This document shows positions 63,301-64,000 of a DNA stretch of 64,000 nt, in pieces. The notes under the pieces are model-generated. The model was not told the DNA's origin, did no database searches, and was given only the letters and a program-made list of their open reading frames with translations. The translations under genes and the position numbers were made by a program. How positions within the stretch are numbered: the first letter of the stretch is position 1; every line of letters begins with the position of its first letter. Source of the DNA: Patescibacteria group bacterium (GTDB taxonomy: Bacteria > Patescibacteriota > Patescibacteriia > Patescibacteriales > UBA12465); the NCBI GenBank assembly GCA_041651095.1, contig JBAZJV010000003.1, positions 80,293 through 144,292 on the forward strand, written 5' to 3'.

Positions 63301-64000
63301 TTTTCATCCGGTCGGTGTCGGTAATTTTCTTTTTATTCTGCAGGCATAACAGGATGTCCTGGGCTTCGGCGTCTTCTTTCTTGAAATAATGGATATCATT
63401 GGTCGCGACCAGCGGGATATGCAGCTCCCGGGAGAACTTGATCAATTGCTGGTTGACCTTAGCTTGGCCGTCCAGTTCAGGGTGATCCTGGATTTCCAAA
63501 TAGTAATTACCCGGACCGAAAAGTTCGTTATATTCTAAAATCCGCTTTTTCGCCTCGGCCAGCTTATCGGCCACGATCAAACGAGCGATTTCGCCGGCTA
63601 GACAGGCCGAAGTGGCAATCAGGCCGTCGTGATGCTTTTGTAAAATTTCCCAGTCAATGCGCGGCTTATAATAAAAGCCCTCAATGTGGGCGACAGATAC
63701 CAATTTAATGAGATTCTGGTAGCCGGTATTGTTTTTAGCCAATAGGAGCAGATGATATCCCCGGTCTTCGCGGGTATTTTTGTCAAGACGGGAATTGGGC
63801 GCCAGGTAGGTTTCCACACCCAAAATCGGCTTAATGCCGGCTTTCTTGGCTTTCTGATAGAATTCGATGATGCCGTACATGGTGCCGTGATCAGTGAGAG
63901 CCACGGCTGGCGAACCCTGTTCTTTGGCATAATTAACCATTTCGTCCAGCTTAGTCAGGCCGTCGAGCAAAGAATAGTGGCTATGGTTATGGAGATGGAC
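60359..64000 (-). CDS. dnaE: DNA polymerase III alpha subunit (5' end beyond the window)
   Basis: PHP domain (window-edge codons read VHLHNHSHYSLLDG), polymerase core, OB fold, C-terminal domain. The reading frame continues past 64000. Confidence 0.93.
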   Translation of the reverse strand, partial: VHLHNHSHYSLLDGLTKLDEMVNYAKEQGSPAVALTDHGTMYGIIEFYQKAKKAGIKPILGVETYLAPNSRLDKNTREDRGYHLLLLAKNNTGYQNLIKLVSVAHIEGFYYKPRIDWEILQKHHDGLIATSACLAGEIARLIVADKLAEAKKRILEYNELFGPGNYYLEIQDHPELDGQAKVNQQLIKFSRELHIPLVATNDIHYFKKEDAEAQDILLCLQNKKKITDTDRMKMLGYGDYSMRSNAEMAAAFRETPEAVANTLKIAEMCDVEIDLGNIQLPHFEVPQGYDGNSYLREWCEQGIGKRFPGAGPDELKTINERLDYELSVIAKMGWPSYFLIVADFINWAKDNKIVVGPGRGSAAGSLVCYLTGITNLDPLKYDLVFERFLNPDRISMPDIDMDFADVRRGEVLQYVEKKYGSDHVAQIITFGTMAARAAVRDVGRVLDEPYDYCDKISKSIPMFMKLEEALKTVPELREMYQKEAPAKRILDYAKRLEGVARHASTHACGVLITKDPLTEYVPIQYASSADRSVISQYSLHPIEDLGLLKMDFLGLKNLTIIESALKIIKNTRGLELDIEQIPLDDAATYKLFQEGETTGVFQFESSGMKRYLRELKPTVFEDIIAMVALYRPGPMEWIPDYIAGKHQKKKVAYLHPKLAPILEKTYGVAIYQEQVMQIARDLAGFTMGQADVLRKAVGKKIASLLAEQKEKFIEGCVKNGVYKELGEKVFSFIEPFAGYGFNRSHAACYAMIGYQTAYLKAHWPAEFMAALLTSDQGDTDRVAIEIEECRNMGLKIMAPDVNESFGTFTVVTAGTKTNQSVAAAAKSETIRFGLKAIKNVGEHIVEEIIRERKEHGPYQDIFDLLERITDKDLNKKSMESLIRSGALDSFGERGQLLANLERLLSLNKEIAKNKDSKQSSLFADLPTAGIGRPQLSPAAPAEQSDKLNWEKELLGLYVSEHPQNVFRPYLANYAVPLAELPQHKGDDRVIAAGVVSVIKKIITRSGESMLFVKIEDATTTVELLVFPRLLKETAALWRVGQSVIIDGKVSEKDLEIKVLVNRASALDQAEPQRSIDAFKKLILESGPPKNGFRNNNGYHNGNGYHNGHGNGHKSVPASLKPVTPQSAAATPPVSAVRQSINPLRLTFLAEPTAAIQTELLRIFAAHPGQDEVYFRFNEAGQARVIKTAFRVDNGDALQRQIRDKFSSDIKIAA

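Noticed and set aside
201-63930. Dozens of 60-220-aa ORFs in the track that lie antisense to, or out of frame within, the large genes (for example 2784-3368, 6283-6672, 20880-21686, 44697-45350, 56570-57529, 61052-61690)
   Set aside because: They sit entirely within strongly supported genes on the other strand or frame. They have Arg/Gly/Ala/Pro-rich, low-information translations typical of shadow ORFs in moderately GC-rich DNA, and they have no independent start context.
1-64000. Alternative genetic code (UGA recoding, as in some candidate phyla)
   Set aside because: Long conserved genes are intact under the standard code. TGA clearly terminates well-supported genes (for example trmH at 32827 and dnaE at 60359).
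1-64000. CRISPR arrays, rRNA genes, transposases, prophage genes
   Set aside because: I saw no regularly spaced direct repeats, no rRNA-like conserved stretches, and no transposase, integrase, capsid or terminase-like ORFs on either strand.

Overview
The window reads as one contiguous chromosomal segment from a small-genome bacterium. I infer a CPR/Patescibacteria-like lineage from three things: compact, domain-trimmed housekeeping proteins, almost no Shine-Dalgarno sequences, and an apparently monoderm-type envelope gene set. The standard genetic code applies, because TGA is used as a stop (for example trmH and dnaE).

I call about 64 CDS and one tRNA (tRNA-Gln-CUG). I found no rRNA, no CRISPR array, and no transposase or integrase.

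Gene order, left to right:
- a clustered, minimised nucleotide-excision-repair operon: uvrB, CYTH, uvrA, EamA, ogt, uvrC
- a large secreted protein with six Ig-like repeats
- a MacAB/YknXYZ-like ABC efflux operon
- a low-GC guaB
- nrdA-nrdB-trxB; the NrdB carries class Ic (Mn/Fe, radical Tyr replaced by Phe) signatures
- an Rrf2-sufCBDSU operon
- a YceI-family lipoprotein
- three cation transporters in a row (CPA2, CaCA, P-type ATPase)
- zur-znuACB-trmH, with a perfect palindromic operator
- a low-GC accessory region at about 36.4-44.2 kb
- lysS and greA
- a surface-glycan cluster (flippase, GT4, GT2, DUF192, O-antigen-ligase-like)
- rpmE, prfA, prmC, rplY, ftsW/rodA, a class I aldolase, and a partial dnaE.

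The most unusual structure is the accessory region next to tRNA-Gln. Single genes or gene pairs (ArsM, VOC, GyrI-like, two NUDIX, nitroreductase, HNH, Phd/RelE) are each followed by a decayed copy of the tRNA-Gln T-loop/acceptor 3' end plus its terminator hairpin. A 156-nt GC-rich, heavily structured element whose termini mimic the tRNA-Gln acceptor sits at the tRNA-proximal end. No recombinase is visible, so the cassette-accretion reading is inference.

All protein-family calls rest on motifs recognised by eye, and no searches were run.
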